A stretch of DNA of 64,000 nucleotides. It comes from a virus. Of this stretch, positions 28,380 through 36,948 are shown piece after piece. The translations under genes were made by a program, and so were the position numbers. The DNA is taken from IMG/VR virus record IMGVR_UViG_3300018080_000099, positions 128,001 to 192,000 of that record. One strand, written 5' to 3'. Each line of letters begins with the position of its first letter. Position 1 is the stretch's first letter. The notes beneath the pieces are model-generated. The model made no database searches and was not told the origin of the DNA. It worked only from the letters and a program-made list of their open reading frames with translations.

Positions 28380-28753
28380 TATACTCTCTCTTGTGGCGAT
28401 ACTTTGTCAAGGAGTTCACCGATTGAACCGACAACAGGAATTCCTAGTTCTTTGGCGAGGGCAACTTCTCTGTCGGCACCGCTGGAGTCTCCGGGCAGTC
28501 TAAGCAGAACGTCAACTCGACGAACAATTTCGAAATCAATTTGCATCCATTCCTCTTCCCCTCTGGGGCGAGCCATCTGTAGGAAGTGACTCAGAAGTGG
28601 GGCAATCGGACAAAAACCTTTATCCATAAGAATATGGGCGGTATCAATCTGCCTTTTGACGTTTGTAGCTTGGTCTCCTTTAGCGTATGGCGACGCAATA
28701 TAAACAACAACCATGATAAACTCCTTTCCTTCAATTAGGTTTTCAATTGTCAA
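28379..28753 (-). CDS. Second nucleoside 2-deoxyribosyltransferase-like (DUF4406-type) protein
   Basis: VVYIASPYAKGD near the N-terminus, and PGDSSGADREVALAKELGIPV near the C-terminus. Confidence 0.45.
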   Translation of the reverse strand: MTIENLIEGKEFIMVVVYIASPYAKGDQATNVKRQIDTAHILMDKGFCPIAPLLSHFLQMARPRGEEEWMQIDFEIVRRVDVLLRLPGDSSGADREVALAKELGIPVVGSIGELLDKVSPQERV

Positions 28754-28755
28754 CC

Positions 28756-28787
28756 ATTAACATAACATCTTCTGTAGGAAATGTCAA
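28756..28787 (-). promoter_or_regulatory. Conserved early promoter
   Basis: Minus strand: TTGACAtttcctacagaagatgtTATGTT. Confidence 0.5.
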
Positions 28788-28796
28788 TAAGCAAAC

Positions 28797-29990
28797 TTAG
28801 ATTATGCTTGTTATCATCTTGACGTATTTCGGTGACTCAAGCCACCTTCCATCTCTGTCCATTGCCGCGTACTGGGCCTTAATAGTTTCATTGAACTTTT
28901 GAGGTTCCGTGTACTCGTCCACAATGTCCTGAATGTCTTGAACAGTACATTCATTTGTAACCTTGGCAATGTTGTTGTCATACGGACTTGGCTTACCATT
29001 TGTAAATGTTGTTCCGATACTTAACAAACCCAAAGAGCAGTACTCAATGTGTTTGATGTCGGACTTAGAATAGTTGAAATAGTTAGGTACCAATGGCGCA
29101 ATACCAATGTCAGGACGGAAATCCTTAATTGGCAAATGGTACTGATACGAGTTCACCCAGTTGATTGCTTTAAAGTTTTGTCTGCCTTTGATTGGCTCAA
29201 AAAACCACGGTAGCCCACCCATACAGCAGAACTCAATCTTGTTGTCTCTAACGCTTTTGATAACCCATTCACACCACGCATTCTCCCAGTCACCCCTAAG
29301 CTTTTTCTTTTGGTGATAGTGAGTCGGTGAACCTGTGTAGATGACACGAGGCTTTGTAATCTTTGCGTTAATCGGTCGCCTTCTATGCGGGCCCCAGAAG
29401 TATTGTGGCACGGCATTATACACGACTTTGATGTTAGATGTCACGCCTCTCTTTTTGATGTACTCTCCTAAGAACTCTGTTGACACACAAACCGTGTCCA
29501 TGAGGTTCATGATGTCAATGCATGATTGTCTGACTTCATCGGTGATGGTAGAACCACCGAAGTTATACTCAGGGATTGACTCTCCTTCGTCCGGTCCGTT
29601 CCAGATAAAGTCGTCAATGTCGTAAATCATTTTGTAGCCATACTTGGGCTGGTTCTCTTTGTACATTTGTACAGCTCGAACGTGGCCCGGAGCCATTGTT
29701 CTTTGGAAGAAAACACTTCGAGTTCTCAGCAACACGTCGTGCTGGAATATCATGATTGGTGAGAGCATGATATTGAAGCGTCCGGTCTTTCCGAAGATGG
29801 AGTTCAAGTATGTCATCGGGAACACGTTCCTGATGTGTCCACATCCTGTCGAGTCTGAAACATATGACAGGACAATATTCTTCTGAACCTTCATCATGTT
29901 GCCTTCTTGTGTTGCGACTTCAAAAGGCTTATTCGGGTTCATTAGATGCTGTCTAAATACCTCGTAGTTACTGGTAGGTATTTGCTTCAT
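28797..29990 (-). CDS. Hypothetical protein in the position T4 uses for alpha-glucosyltransferase; possible GT-B glycosyltransferase
   Basis: 397 aa (T4 a-gt is 400 aa). Lies next to the gp47/gp55/gp46 genes, as a-gt does in T4. Only weak motif similarity (GCG near the N-terminus). Confidence 0.25.
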   Translation of the reverse strand: MKQIPTSNYEVFRQHLMNPNKPFEVATQEGNMMKVQKNIVLSYVSDSTGCGHIRNVFPMTYLNSIFGKTGRFNIMLSPIMIFQHDVLLRTRSVFFQRTMAPGHVRAVQMYKENQPKYGYKMIYDIDDFIWNGPDEGESIPEYNFGGSTITDEVRQSCIDIMNLMDTVCVSTEFLGEYIKKRGVTSNIKVVYNAVPQYFWGPHRRRPINAKITKPRVIYTGSPTHYHQKKKLRGDWENAWCEWVIKSVRDNKIEFCCMGGLPWFFEPIKGRQNFKAINWVNSYQYHLPIKDFRPDIGIAPLVPNYFNYSKSDIKHIEYCSLGLLSIGTTFTNGKPSPYDNNIAKVTNECTVQDIQDIVDEYTEPQKFNETIKAQYAAMDRDGRWLESPKYVKMITSII

Positions 29991-31030
29991 AAAACATCTC
30001 CCTTAACCTCATTGTACAAATCTATAAGCGAATCATAGATTTCTTCTTTGTTGGTAATTTCCAATGTGTCAATAAACTCTCGCATCAAATCAGTCATAGA
30101 GCCGATGTCGTATGCATCGAGGTCCAAGTCTCCACCTAAGAGATTGCTGTTATCGACGAATATGTTTGGAGGAATGGCTGGGCCATACTCCTCAATTTTC
30201 TTGACGTATTTATCAATCTTGTTTTCGTTGTAACTCTCGTCAAAGTCAACATGCACATCCACAATGTTTCCCTGTACCGTGTTCTTTGAAAACTTCTCAG
30301 GGAACTTGAGTTTGATGTACTTCAGAGATGTTGTGTTGTTGACATATTCATATGACAAGTCATCGGTGTCGAGGATGATGAAGCCTCTATCTTCGTCTAT
30401 ATCGTTTCGAGTAAGCTGATACGGAGAGCCTACATAAACGATTTCGGCTCCGTGGAGTTCTTGTCGGTTACGAATGTGGAAGTGTCCGGTGAAAACCTTT
30501 TTACACTTCTGGAAGATTCTGCCGTTGATTCCATCGTCTGATGACTTCCATTTGTTGTATTGGAATCCTGTAATGTTGAAGTGACCCATGCATACGTCAG
30601 GGTTAGTCTTGTTGAACTCTCTGACGAACTTCATGGTGTCTACAATCCACGGCACAAGCACGAAGTTCTTTCCATCCATCTCTACCGATGTCATATCCTC
30701 AATGAGATGCACACCTTTGAAGTTGCTAAGTGGCTTCAAAGAATTGACACGGATAGAGCTGTTGAAATAACAATCGTGGTTGCCTACCAACAGGTAGATT
30801 TCGAAGTCCTTTAGATGCTTCTCAAAAAGATTGTGTACTTCATTCAGTACCTTAGTGTTCGTACTACTCCGGTTATCAAAGATGTCGCCAAGCATAAAGA
30901 TTTTCTTTATCTTGTGCTCTTTGAGATAAGGAGCGAACTGCTTTGATATAAACTTGGACTGACTTCGGAGAAAAACTTCTGAGTTTTTGCGCGCTCCGAA
31001 GTGCAAGTCACTGATGATTGCGACTTTCAA
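29987..31030 (-). CDS. Mre11/SbcD-like nuclease (T4 gp47)
   Basis: Calcineurin-fold motifs ISDLHFG, GDIFD, GNHD and GHFH. 347 aa. Confidence 0.85.
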   Translation of the reverse strand: MKVAIISDLHFGARKNSEVFLRSQSKFISKQFAPYLKEHKIKKIFMLGDIFDNRSSTNTKVLNEVHNLFEKHLKDFEIYLLVGNHDCYFNSSIRVNSLKPLSNFKGVHLIEDMTSVEMDGKNFVLVPWIVDTMKFVREFNKTNPDVCMGHFNITGFQYNKWKSSDDGINGRIFQKCKKVFTGHFHIRNRQELHGAEIVYVGSPYQLTRNDIDEDRGFIILDTDDLSYEYVNNTTSLKYIKLKFPEKFSKNTVQGNIVDVHVDFDESYNENKIDKYVKKIEEYGPAIPPNIFVDNSNLLGGDLDLDAYDIGSMTDLMREFIDTLEITNKEEIYDSLIDLYNEVKGDVL

Positions 31031-31041
31031 ATTACAGCTCC

Positions 31042-31407
31042 TTACAGGGTATTGTTCATAGTATCGGTATTGTCGATATACTCAATCGGAGTAAACATGT
31101 TATCACGCTTCGAGTAGTCATTGATGTTCTGCAAGAAAGCGTTTCTCGCAATCATCGTGAAGTACGCGAAGGGATTCTTTTTCGACAGGTCGAACTTGTC
31201 GATGTACCTACACATGTAGAACACTGCATCGGACACCATTTCGTCCTTGCGGTCCGGTGTGTAGTTGATAAAGTTGGCACGATTGAGTAGATTTCTCGCT
31301 ATGAGCAAGAAGCTTTTGCCTAACTCGTTAAACACTTTTCTGGACTTGGTTTCTTGGTATTCTTTTAGCTGATTATAGAATATTTTATTGTTTATGTATT
31401 CAGCCAT
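31042..31407 (-). CDS. Late-transcription sigma factor (T4 gp55 family)
   Basis: YTPDRKDEMVSDA...KKNPFAYFTMIARNAFLQNI aligns with T4 gp55 YTQSWKQEMIADG...[20 protein letters not shown]. Confidence 0.8.
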   Translation of the reverse strand: MAEYINNKIFYNQLKEYQETKSRKVFNELGKSFLLIARNLLNRANFINYTPDRKDEMVSDAVFYMCRYIDKFDLSKKNPFAYFTMIARNAFLQNINDYSKRDNMFTPIEYIDNTDTMNNTL

Positions 31408-33187
31408 CCATTACCTCCTTCATTTGATTAATCTCAGAGAAGCTGTTACCATTCTTTTGAACCTGAAGGCAACTGCTGAACTGAGATGAATAGTCCTGCT
31501 GTAGTCTATGCGAGATGATATAAACACACAAATCCTTATTGTCGTATGCCATCGTTTTCAAACTACCTACCAACTTCTCCAAACCGTTCTCGTCAATGGC
31601 GCTGTCCAGTAGTTCGTCAATGATGAGTAGGTTACAGTTCCAGTTGGAAATTGTTTTTGTAATACTAATAAACGACAGAAGGATGGACATGTCAATTCTC
31701 TTTTTCTCTCCCTCAGAATAAGAGTAGTACGAAATGTCATTCTTCAGGTTATCAAGGTTTGTGATTTTCTCGTTCATAAACTCATCGAACTGGATAATCG
31801 CTGGGAGTTCGAATAGCTTAATGTACTCATTGATTTTCGAATTCAGAATCGGTATCAGCTTCTTGAAAAAGTAAGCCTTGATTCCGGACTCCGAAAGTAT
31901 GCCTTGGATGACATCATTGTTCTTCAGCGTCTTTTTGATGCCTTCGGTTTCTTTCCAAAGCAATTTGTATTCATCTTTCCTCTCCTCAAACTCTTCTTGT
32001 ACTGAACCCAGATTAAATTCAATCTCGCGGTTCAGTATTTCATTTCTCCTTTCTTCTGCGACAGCCAACTCTCTGTCAATCATTTCCAGTTTGTCTTTTA
32101 AGGATTTCGAGCTAAACTGTAAAGTATTTAATTCTTTCAGTGCATCTTCTTGTTCTCTAATCTTATCTTCGGCTTCTTTTCTGTCAATCTGAAGGTCATC
32201 AATGATGCTTTTGTCCTTTTCAATCTCACCGGCGAGGCGGTCAATTTCGGACTCTTTGTGCTCGGGGGTTATCTCGGTTTGACATAGAGGGCATACCGTG
32301 TGCGATTCCAATGACTTTATCGTCTTGGTGGAAGATTTGATGTTATACTCTTTCCCGTTCTGGTATCTGATTATCTTATCCCTCGAAGCCTTCAGTTCTT
32401 TTAGAGTTGCTTCCTCAAATTCATTCAGCGTAATCTGCTTAGAAATGTCACTGATTTTCGCCTCAATGTCGATTTTATCGTTTAAATAAGCCTTTATTCT
32501 ATCGTCAATAGCACTGAGGTCGTTAGCTTTGTTGCTCTGGAAGTTGTTTTGTGCATCTGTCAACTCCAAGACTCTTTTTCTCAGAGATTTCAAATGCTGT
32601 TCCAGTAAAGCAACGCTTCTATCGTTTACCTCAGCCTTTGTGCGAATGTCAACATTTTTCTTTTTCAGAACCTTAAGCATCTGTCCAAAGACAACGATGT
32701 TGAAGATTTGCTCAATGATTTCTCGCTTCTCCCACAATCCCAAAGACAAGAATGGTCGATTGTAGTTTACTGCAAGCGAGATTACCTGTCTGAACATCGT
32801 GTGGTCGATTCCCACGATTTTGTCGAGTTCTTCTTGGTTGAGCCTCTTGGAAGATAGAAGCTCAAGTTCTTCACCGTTCTTTAGAATCTCCAGCTTGTCC
32901 GGTGTTAAGGTTCTTGTGACAACGAATTCGTCGTTGTTGTCTACCATGAACTCGCAAGTAACCTTAAGATTCCTCTTGTTTCTTCTGTTGAGCAATTCCT
33001 TAATCTTGATGCTTCGGTATGGTTTGCCGTAGAGACAGAACGAGAGAGCATCTAAGAGCGCGGACTTTCCACTACCATTTTTTCCTGAAATAAGGTTTAC
33101 ACCGTGTTTGAAATCTATGGTTGTAGGGCTTGCTCCGAATGACAAAATATTCTGAAATGTCAAGCGTTTGAACTTAACGACCATCAA
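31400..33187 (-). CDS. Rad50/SbcC-like ATPase (T4 gp46)
   Basis: Walker A GKNGSGKSALLDAL, zinc hook CPLCQ in the coiled-coil region, signature YSEGEKKR, Walker B LLIIDE. 595 aa. Confidence 0.9.
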   Translation of the reverse strand: MMVVKFKRLTFQNILSFGASPTTIDFKHGVNLISGKNGSGKSALLDALSFCLYGKPYRSIKIKELLNRRNKRNLKVTCEFMVDNNDEFVVTRTLTPDKLEILKNGEELELLSSKRLNQEELDKIVGIDHTMFRQVISLAVNYNRPFLSLGLWEKREIIEQIFNIVVFGQMLKVLKKKNVDIRTKAEVNDRSVALLEQHLKSLRKRVLELTDAQNNFQSNKANDLSAIDDRIKAYLNDKIDIEAKISDISKQITLNEFEEATLKELKASRDKIIRYQNGKEYNIKSSTKTIKSLESHTVCPLCQTEITPEHKESEIDRLAGEIEKDKSIIDDLQIDRKEAEDKIREQEDALKELNTLQFSSKSLKDKLEMIDRELAVAEERRNEILNREIEFNLGSVQEEFEERKDEYKLLWKETEGIKKTLKNNDVIQGILSESGIKAYFFKKLIPILNSKINEYIKLFELPAIIQFDEFMNEKITNLDNLKNDISYYSYSEGEKKRIDMSILLSFISITKTISNWNCNLLIIDELLDSAIDENGLEKLVGSLKTMAYDNKDLCVYIISHRLQQDYSSQFSSCLQVQKNGNSFSEINQMKEVMDG

Positions 33188-33221
33188 AATCTCCTGTTAG
33201 GGTTGTCTTGACATGTGATAA

Positions 33222-33250
33222 AAGATAACATCTTCTTAGGATTTTGTCAA
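33222..33250 (-). promoter_or_regulatory. Conserved early promoter upstream of gp46
   Basis: Minus strand: TTGACAaaatcctaagaagatgtTATCTT. Confidence 0.55.
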
Positions 33251-33431
33251 TACATTTTGCGATAAAAACCTAAAAGTCTACAACATGTTGTATTTAGGTT
33301 TTGTGAAAATCAATGAGTTACGTCTGCTTAGAAAAATGCTAATTCTTGAAATCGCTATATATATTAAAGAAGTATAATATAAATTAAGGAAGTTAAAAAG
33401 CTTTTAATATATTATAGGTACTCTAGGACCT

Positions 33432-33492
33432 GACCGGTCATGACCGGTCAATTCCTACAGGACCGGTCAGGGCCAATTCCTAACGGAATTGG
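33432..33492. repeat. Three copies of the palindromic octamer GACCGGTC plus a 9-bp perfect palindrome GCCAATTCC-TAAC-GGAATTGGC in the divergent intergenic region
   Basis: GACCGGTCA at 33432, 33442 and 33461. Palindrome at 33470-33492. Flanked by an extremely AT-rich tract at 33350-33420. Confidence 0.7.
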
Positions 33493-33535
33493 CTGGCGAT
33501 GCCATTACGTTAATTTTTAAGCAAAAGGAGTTTGT

Positions 33536-33946
33536 ATGACAAAGGACGAGTTCAAGAAATTGAAGCTGATGGTAGAGAAGAGCCTGAAAATTACCCACGA
33601 CAATGTGACAGACAAAACAATCTCACTTTCTACGCTGTACGCAAATCTGATTCAGGTTTACTCAAAAGAAGTGAAAATATTGAAAACTAAGTTTCACGAC
33701 AAAGAGAAAATCTATGGAGATTTGTACCATCACTACAAATTCAATTTCCAATTCCAGCTTGATACCAAAGCCGAGGTAGAAGCCTACATTAAAGCCGACA
33801 ATAAGTACTACACTGCCGCTCTCGAATATGTAGACCAAGAAATTGTCGTTAAGTTCATTGAGCAAACCCTTGACCATATAAATAATATTGGATTCAGGAT
33901 TAAGAATTACATTGACTTAAAGAAGATGGAAAAGGGATTAATGTAG
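33536..33946 (+). CDS. Hypothetical protein (first gene of the rightward arm)
   Basis: 136-aa ORF with AGGAG 8 nt upstream. Confidence 0.5.
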   Translation: MTKDEFKKLKLMVEKSLKITHDNVTDKTISLSTLYANLIQVYSKEVKILKTKFHDKEKIYGDLYHHYKFNFQFQLDTKAEVEAYIKADNKYYTAALEYVDQEIVVKFIEQTLDHINNIGFRIKNYIDLKKMEKGLM

Positions 33947-33955
33947 GAGAAAATC

Positions 33956-34204
33956 ATGGAAAGAAAAGACTACCTCAAAGGTGCTAATGCGTACCTCACA
34001 GAAGAAGAGTTTGACCCTCAAGAAGCTCGTCAGGCGGCGAAAGCCATATTGACAACGGCATTACTCGAAGCCGCTAGCACTCCCGACACAATCGCTGATA
34101 GAATAGGAGTGGACACCAAAAACGAATATTTCTATGCTAAAGTCATGGAGGACCTTCAGGACATAGCGGGGATGACAGTAAAAAATATTGACAGAATGCC
34201 GTAA
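33956..34204 (+). CDS. Hypothetical protein
   Basis: 82-aa ORF. Confidence 0.45.
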   Translation: MERKDYLKGANAYLTEEEFDPQEARQAAKAILTTALLEAASTPDTIADRIGVDTKNEYFYAKVMEDLQDIAGMTVKNIDRMP

Positions 34205-34217
34205 ATAAGGACTGCTT

Positions 34218-35585
34218 ATGAGCGATATTATCGCGCTTGAAAAATTGAATGAAGTCGATTTTCGAGTCAAAGGACTCACACAAGGCTCTGCGCTTGAACT
34301 CAAGGAACACCTTACATGCGTCATAGATAACTGGTGGTTCCATCCGAGAGCAAAGGCTGGCTGGCGTGGAGAGATTTCATACTTCAACTGGAACGAACAA
34401 ACAGTACCCATTGGACTTTTTCCTCAAATGGTGAAGTTCTGCAAGAAGTTTGGGTATAAGCTAAAGATAGATTTTGACAAAGAAGAACTCTTTAATGACA
34501 TCAGCGATGAGGACTTCGAGGAATTCTACAAGGCAATCTTCAGGGATTCGACATTTGAACCCCGCGATTATCAGGACGAGTCCATCAAAAGGGCTCTTAG
34601 AAAGAAGCGCGGAATTATAGAATCTCCTACAGGCTCAGGAAAATCGTTAGTAATCTATACGCTGATACGATTTTTGTTAGGAGTTTGTGAAGGAAAGATA
34701 CTCTTGATTGTGCCGAACATTAGTCTTGTAAACCAGATGTTCTCAGACTTCAAGGAGTACGGCTGGGAGCAGTGTGAAGGGTATTGCAATTTGGTGTTCG
34801 GTGGCTCACAGAAAAGGTGGCAGTTACCCATAACTATCTCCACTTGGCAGTCAATTTACAAGAAGTCTATTGACTTTTTTGCACAATATCAGGCTGTTAT
34901 CGTGGACGAAACCCACGGAGCTAAGGCATCTTCAATACAGAAGTGCCTGAAGAAGTGTATCAATGCTGAGTACCGAATTGGTACAACAGGCACAATGCCG
35001 GATAGTAGGCAGGACCAGTTCACCATTTATGGGTATCTGGGGCCGAAAATCTTCAGCTTGACAAGTGGGGAATTGATTGACAAGGGCATCTTGTCGAAGA
35101 TAAAGATTGCGAACTTGTTGGTTCATTATCCGAAGGAAACGGTTTGGAATTACTGGCATGATGCTGAGGGGCATTTGGTTGGCAACTCTTATCAAGAGGA
35201 GCTTGACCAAATCTATGGAAATCATAGCAGAAATGGGGTTTTTAACTTCGTTTTGGACAATATTGATGCTGAGCAGAACGTGCTGATTCTCTGTCACAAA
35301 ATCAGTCATTTGAAGGACATTCGTGAGTACTTAGAAAAGAACTTTGGTGACAGAACGATATATGAGATTTACGGTCGTACTAAGGGTGATGAAAGAGAAA
35401 GAATAAGAAAAAAATTAGATACTGGTGAAAGAAAAATATTTTTAACTGATAATTCTTATATTATTATTGAAAATAAAGAAAAAGTTTTATTAACAAACGG
35501 ACAGTATAAAGAAGGATTAAAAATTACTTTAAAAGATGATATTAGTGATGTTTGGATAAAATCTAAAAAAGTTTATAAAAATTAA
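34218..35585 (+). CDS. SF2 DExH helicase, N-terminal part (UvsW-like); the reading frame ends inside an AT-rich insertion
   Basis: Motif I SPTGSGKSLV, motif II VIVDETH, motif III GTTGTMPD. Motifs V and VI are missing from this ORF. GC drops sharply after about 35440. Confidence 0.7.
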   Translation: MSDIIALEKLNEVDFRVKGLTQGSALELKEHLTCVIDNWWFHPRAKAGWRGEISYFNWNEQTVPIGLFPQMVKFCKKFGYKLKIDFDKEELFNDISDEDFEEFYKAIFRDSTFEPRDYQDESIKRALRKKRGIIESPTGSGKSLVIYTLIRFLLGVCEGKILLIVPNISLVNQMFSDFKEYGWEQCEGYCNLVFGGSQKRWQLPITISTWQSIYKKSIDFFAQYQAVIVDETHGAKASSIQKCLKKCINAEYRIGTTGTMPDSRQDQFTIYGYLGPKIFSLTSGELIDKGILSKIKIANLLVHYPKETVWNYWHDAEGHLVGNSYQEELDQIYGNHSRNGVFNFVLDNIDAEQNVLILCHKISHLKDIREYLEKNFGDRTIYEIYGRTKGDERERIRKKLDTGERKIFLTDNSYIIIENKEKVLLTNGQYKEGLKITLKDDISDVWIKSKKVYKN

Positions 35586-35595
35586 TGTTTATTGG

Positions 35596-35603
35596 TATAA
35601 ATA
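35596..35603 (+). promoter_or_regulatory. T4-type late promoter TATAAATA
   Basis: Exact TATAAATA 28 nt upstream of the ATG at 35631. Confidence 0.5.
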
Positions 35604-35630
35604 TAATTAGAATATTAAATACAAGGATTT

Positions 35631-36041
35631 ATGATGAATTTTAACAATTATTTAATGGAATCAATTAATAAGTTAAATAAAATTATTGAAGATTTTAGAA
35701 AAACTCTTGAAAATGATTATGATTGGCAAGAAGATAAAATGTGTATGAAAGGCACGTGCCAATCTGTTACTAAAGAACTTGTAGATTTGTTAAACAAAAA
35801 TGGATATAATGCTAAAAGAGTTAACGGAAGATATATGAACATATCAGATGATTTTGAGCCTGATATGAGTCAATGGAGTGATGAAGATATAGAAGAATGG
35901 ACTCCTGATATGGGAATGAATCATTGGTGGGTTGAGATTGGTGATAAAATTGTTGATGTGACTGCTGACCAATTTCATCCAAAAGAAGAAGATGATTATA
36001 GAATTATTATTACTAATAAAAGCAATAGGGATTATGAATGA
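35631..36041 (+). CDS. Hypothetical protein encoded inside the insertion
   Basis: 136-aa ORF, AT-rich codon usage. Confidence 0.4.
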   Translation: MMNFNNYLMESINKLNKIIEDFRKTLENDYDWQEDKMCMKGTCQSVTKELVDLLNKNGYNAKRVNGRYMNISDDFEPDMSQWSDEDIEEWTPDMGMNHWWVEIGDKIVDVTADQFHPKEEDDYRIIITNKSNRDYE

Positions 36042-36904
36042 TTTTTAGTAAATTTATTAAATTATTAGGAGAACCTACTAATAGAAAATTACTTCTTCAA
36101 TATATTTCATTTTGTAAAAACAGTTGTACTAATATTGGAAATAAAATAGAAAAACATCATATTGTTCCTAAAAGTGTTTGTAGAGAATGGATTAAAGAAA
36201 GTTTCAATATTATTCCTATGGAGTATGAGAATCATATTAAAGCTCATAGAATGTTAGTAGAAATTTATCCAATTAGAAAGTTTTATAGACCGTTGAATTA
36301 TATGCTTAATTATAATAAACCCGATGAATATTCAAAAATGAAAAGTAAAGAAGTAATTGATTGGTGGGTGTCTTTTAGAAAAAGCGATGAATATTTATTG
36401 TGGATTGAAAGAAGAAGAAAAAGTACTAATAATTTTGAAAATTTTATAAAAGGTGGTATTAAAAGTTCTATAAAAAGAAATAAAAGTAAAAAGTATCGGG
36501 AGAAAATTTCTGAAAAATGTAAGGATTTTTGGAATGTTAAAAATAGAAAAGAACATTCTAAAAAAATAAAAGAAGCAATGACAAATGAAGTTAAAAATAA
36601 AATGTCAATAATTTCAGAAGAAAGATGGGCTAATAAAGATTTTAGAAATAAAATGAAGAATAAAATGAAAGATGTTAATAGTCAAGAAGAAAAAAGGAAA
36701 ATTAGTTCAGAAAAAAATAAAAAGCATTGGAAGAGTTTGGAATATAGAAAGAAAATGAAAGAAGCAAGAGAAAATGGAAAGCAAAGAGATGTCGTTGGTC
36801 AATCAAATAAAATGAAAGAAAAATGGAAAAATCCTGAATTTAGAAAAATGATGTTAGAAAAAAGAAGGAAATCATATGAAGCCAAAAAAAATAGAGGAAA
36901 TTAA
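36038..36904 (+). CDS. HNH homing endonuclease
   Basis: EKHHIVPKSV...YENHIKAHR HNH motif, and a Lys-rich C-terminal DNA-binding-like tail with repeated KNKMK. Confidence 0.65.
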   Translation: MIFSKFIKLLGEPTNRKLLLQYISFCKNSCTNIGNKIEKHHIVPKSVCREWIKESFNIIPMEYENHIKAHRMLVEIYPIRKFYRPLNYMLNYNKPDEYSKMKSKEVIDWWVSFRKSDEYLLWIERRRKSTNNFENFIKGGIKSSIKRNKSKKYREKISEKCKDFWNVKNRKEHSKKIKEAMTNEVKNKMSIISEERWANKDFRNKMKNKMKDVNSQEEKRKISSEKNKKHWKSLEYRKKMKEARENGKQRDVVGQSNKMKEKWKNPEFRKMMLEKRRKSYEAKKNRGN

Positions 36905-36948
36905 AAGTCCCGGCCAAATTTTGGTCGGGACTTATTAGTTAAGCCACC

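Larger units (their letters stand above)
35440..36945 (+). mobile_element. AT-rich insertion, about 1.5 kb, interrupting the helicase gene. Carries an HNH homing endonuclease ORF. Candidate group I intron or free-standing HEG insertion.
   Basis: About 25% GC against about 42% background. Splits helicase motifs I-IV from V-VI. Contains its own late promoter and a strong hairpin at 36905-36932 just before the resumption of the helicase frame. Confidence 0.45.
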
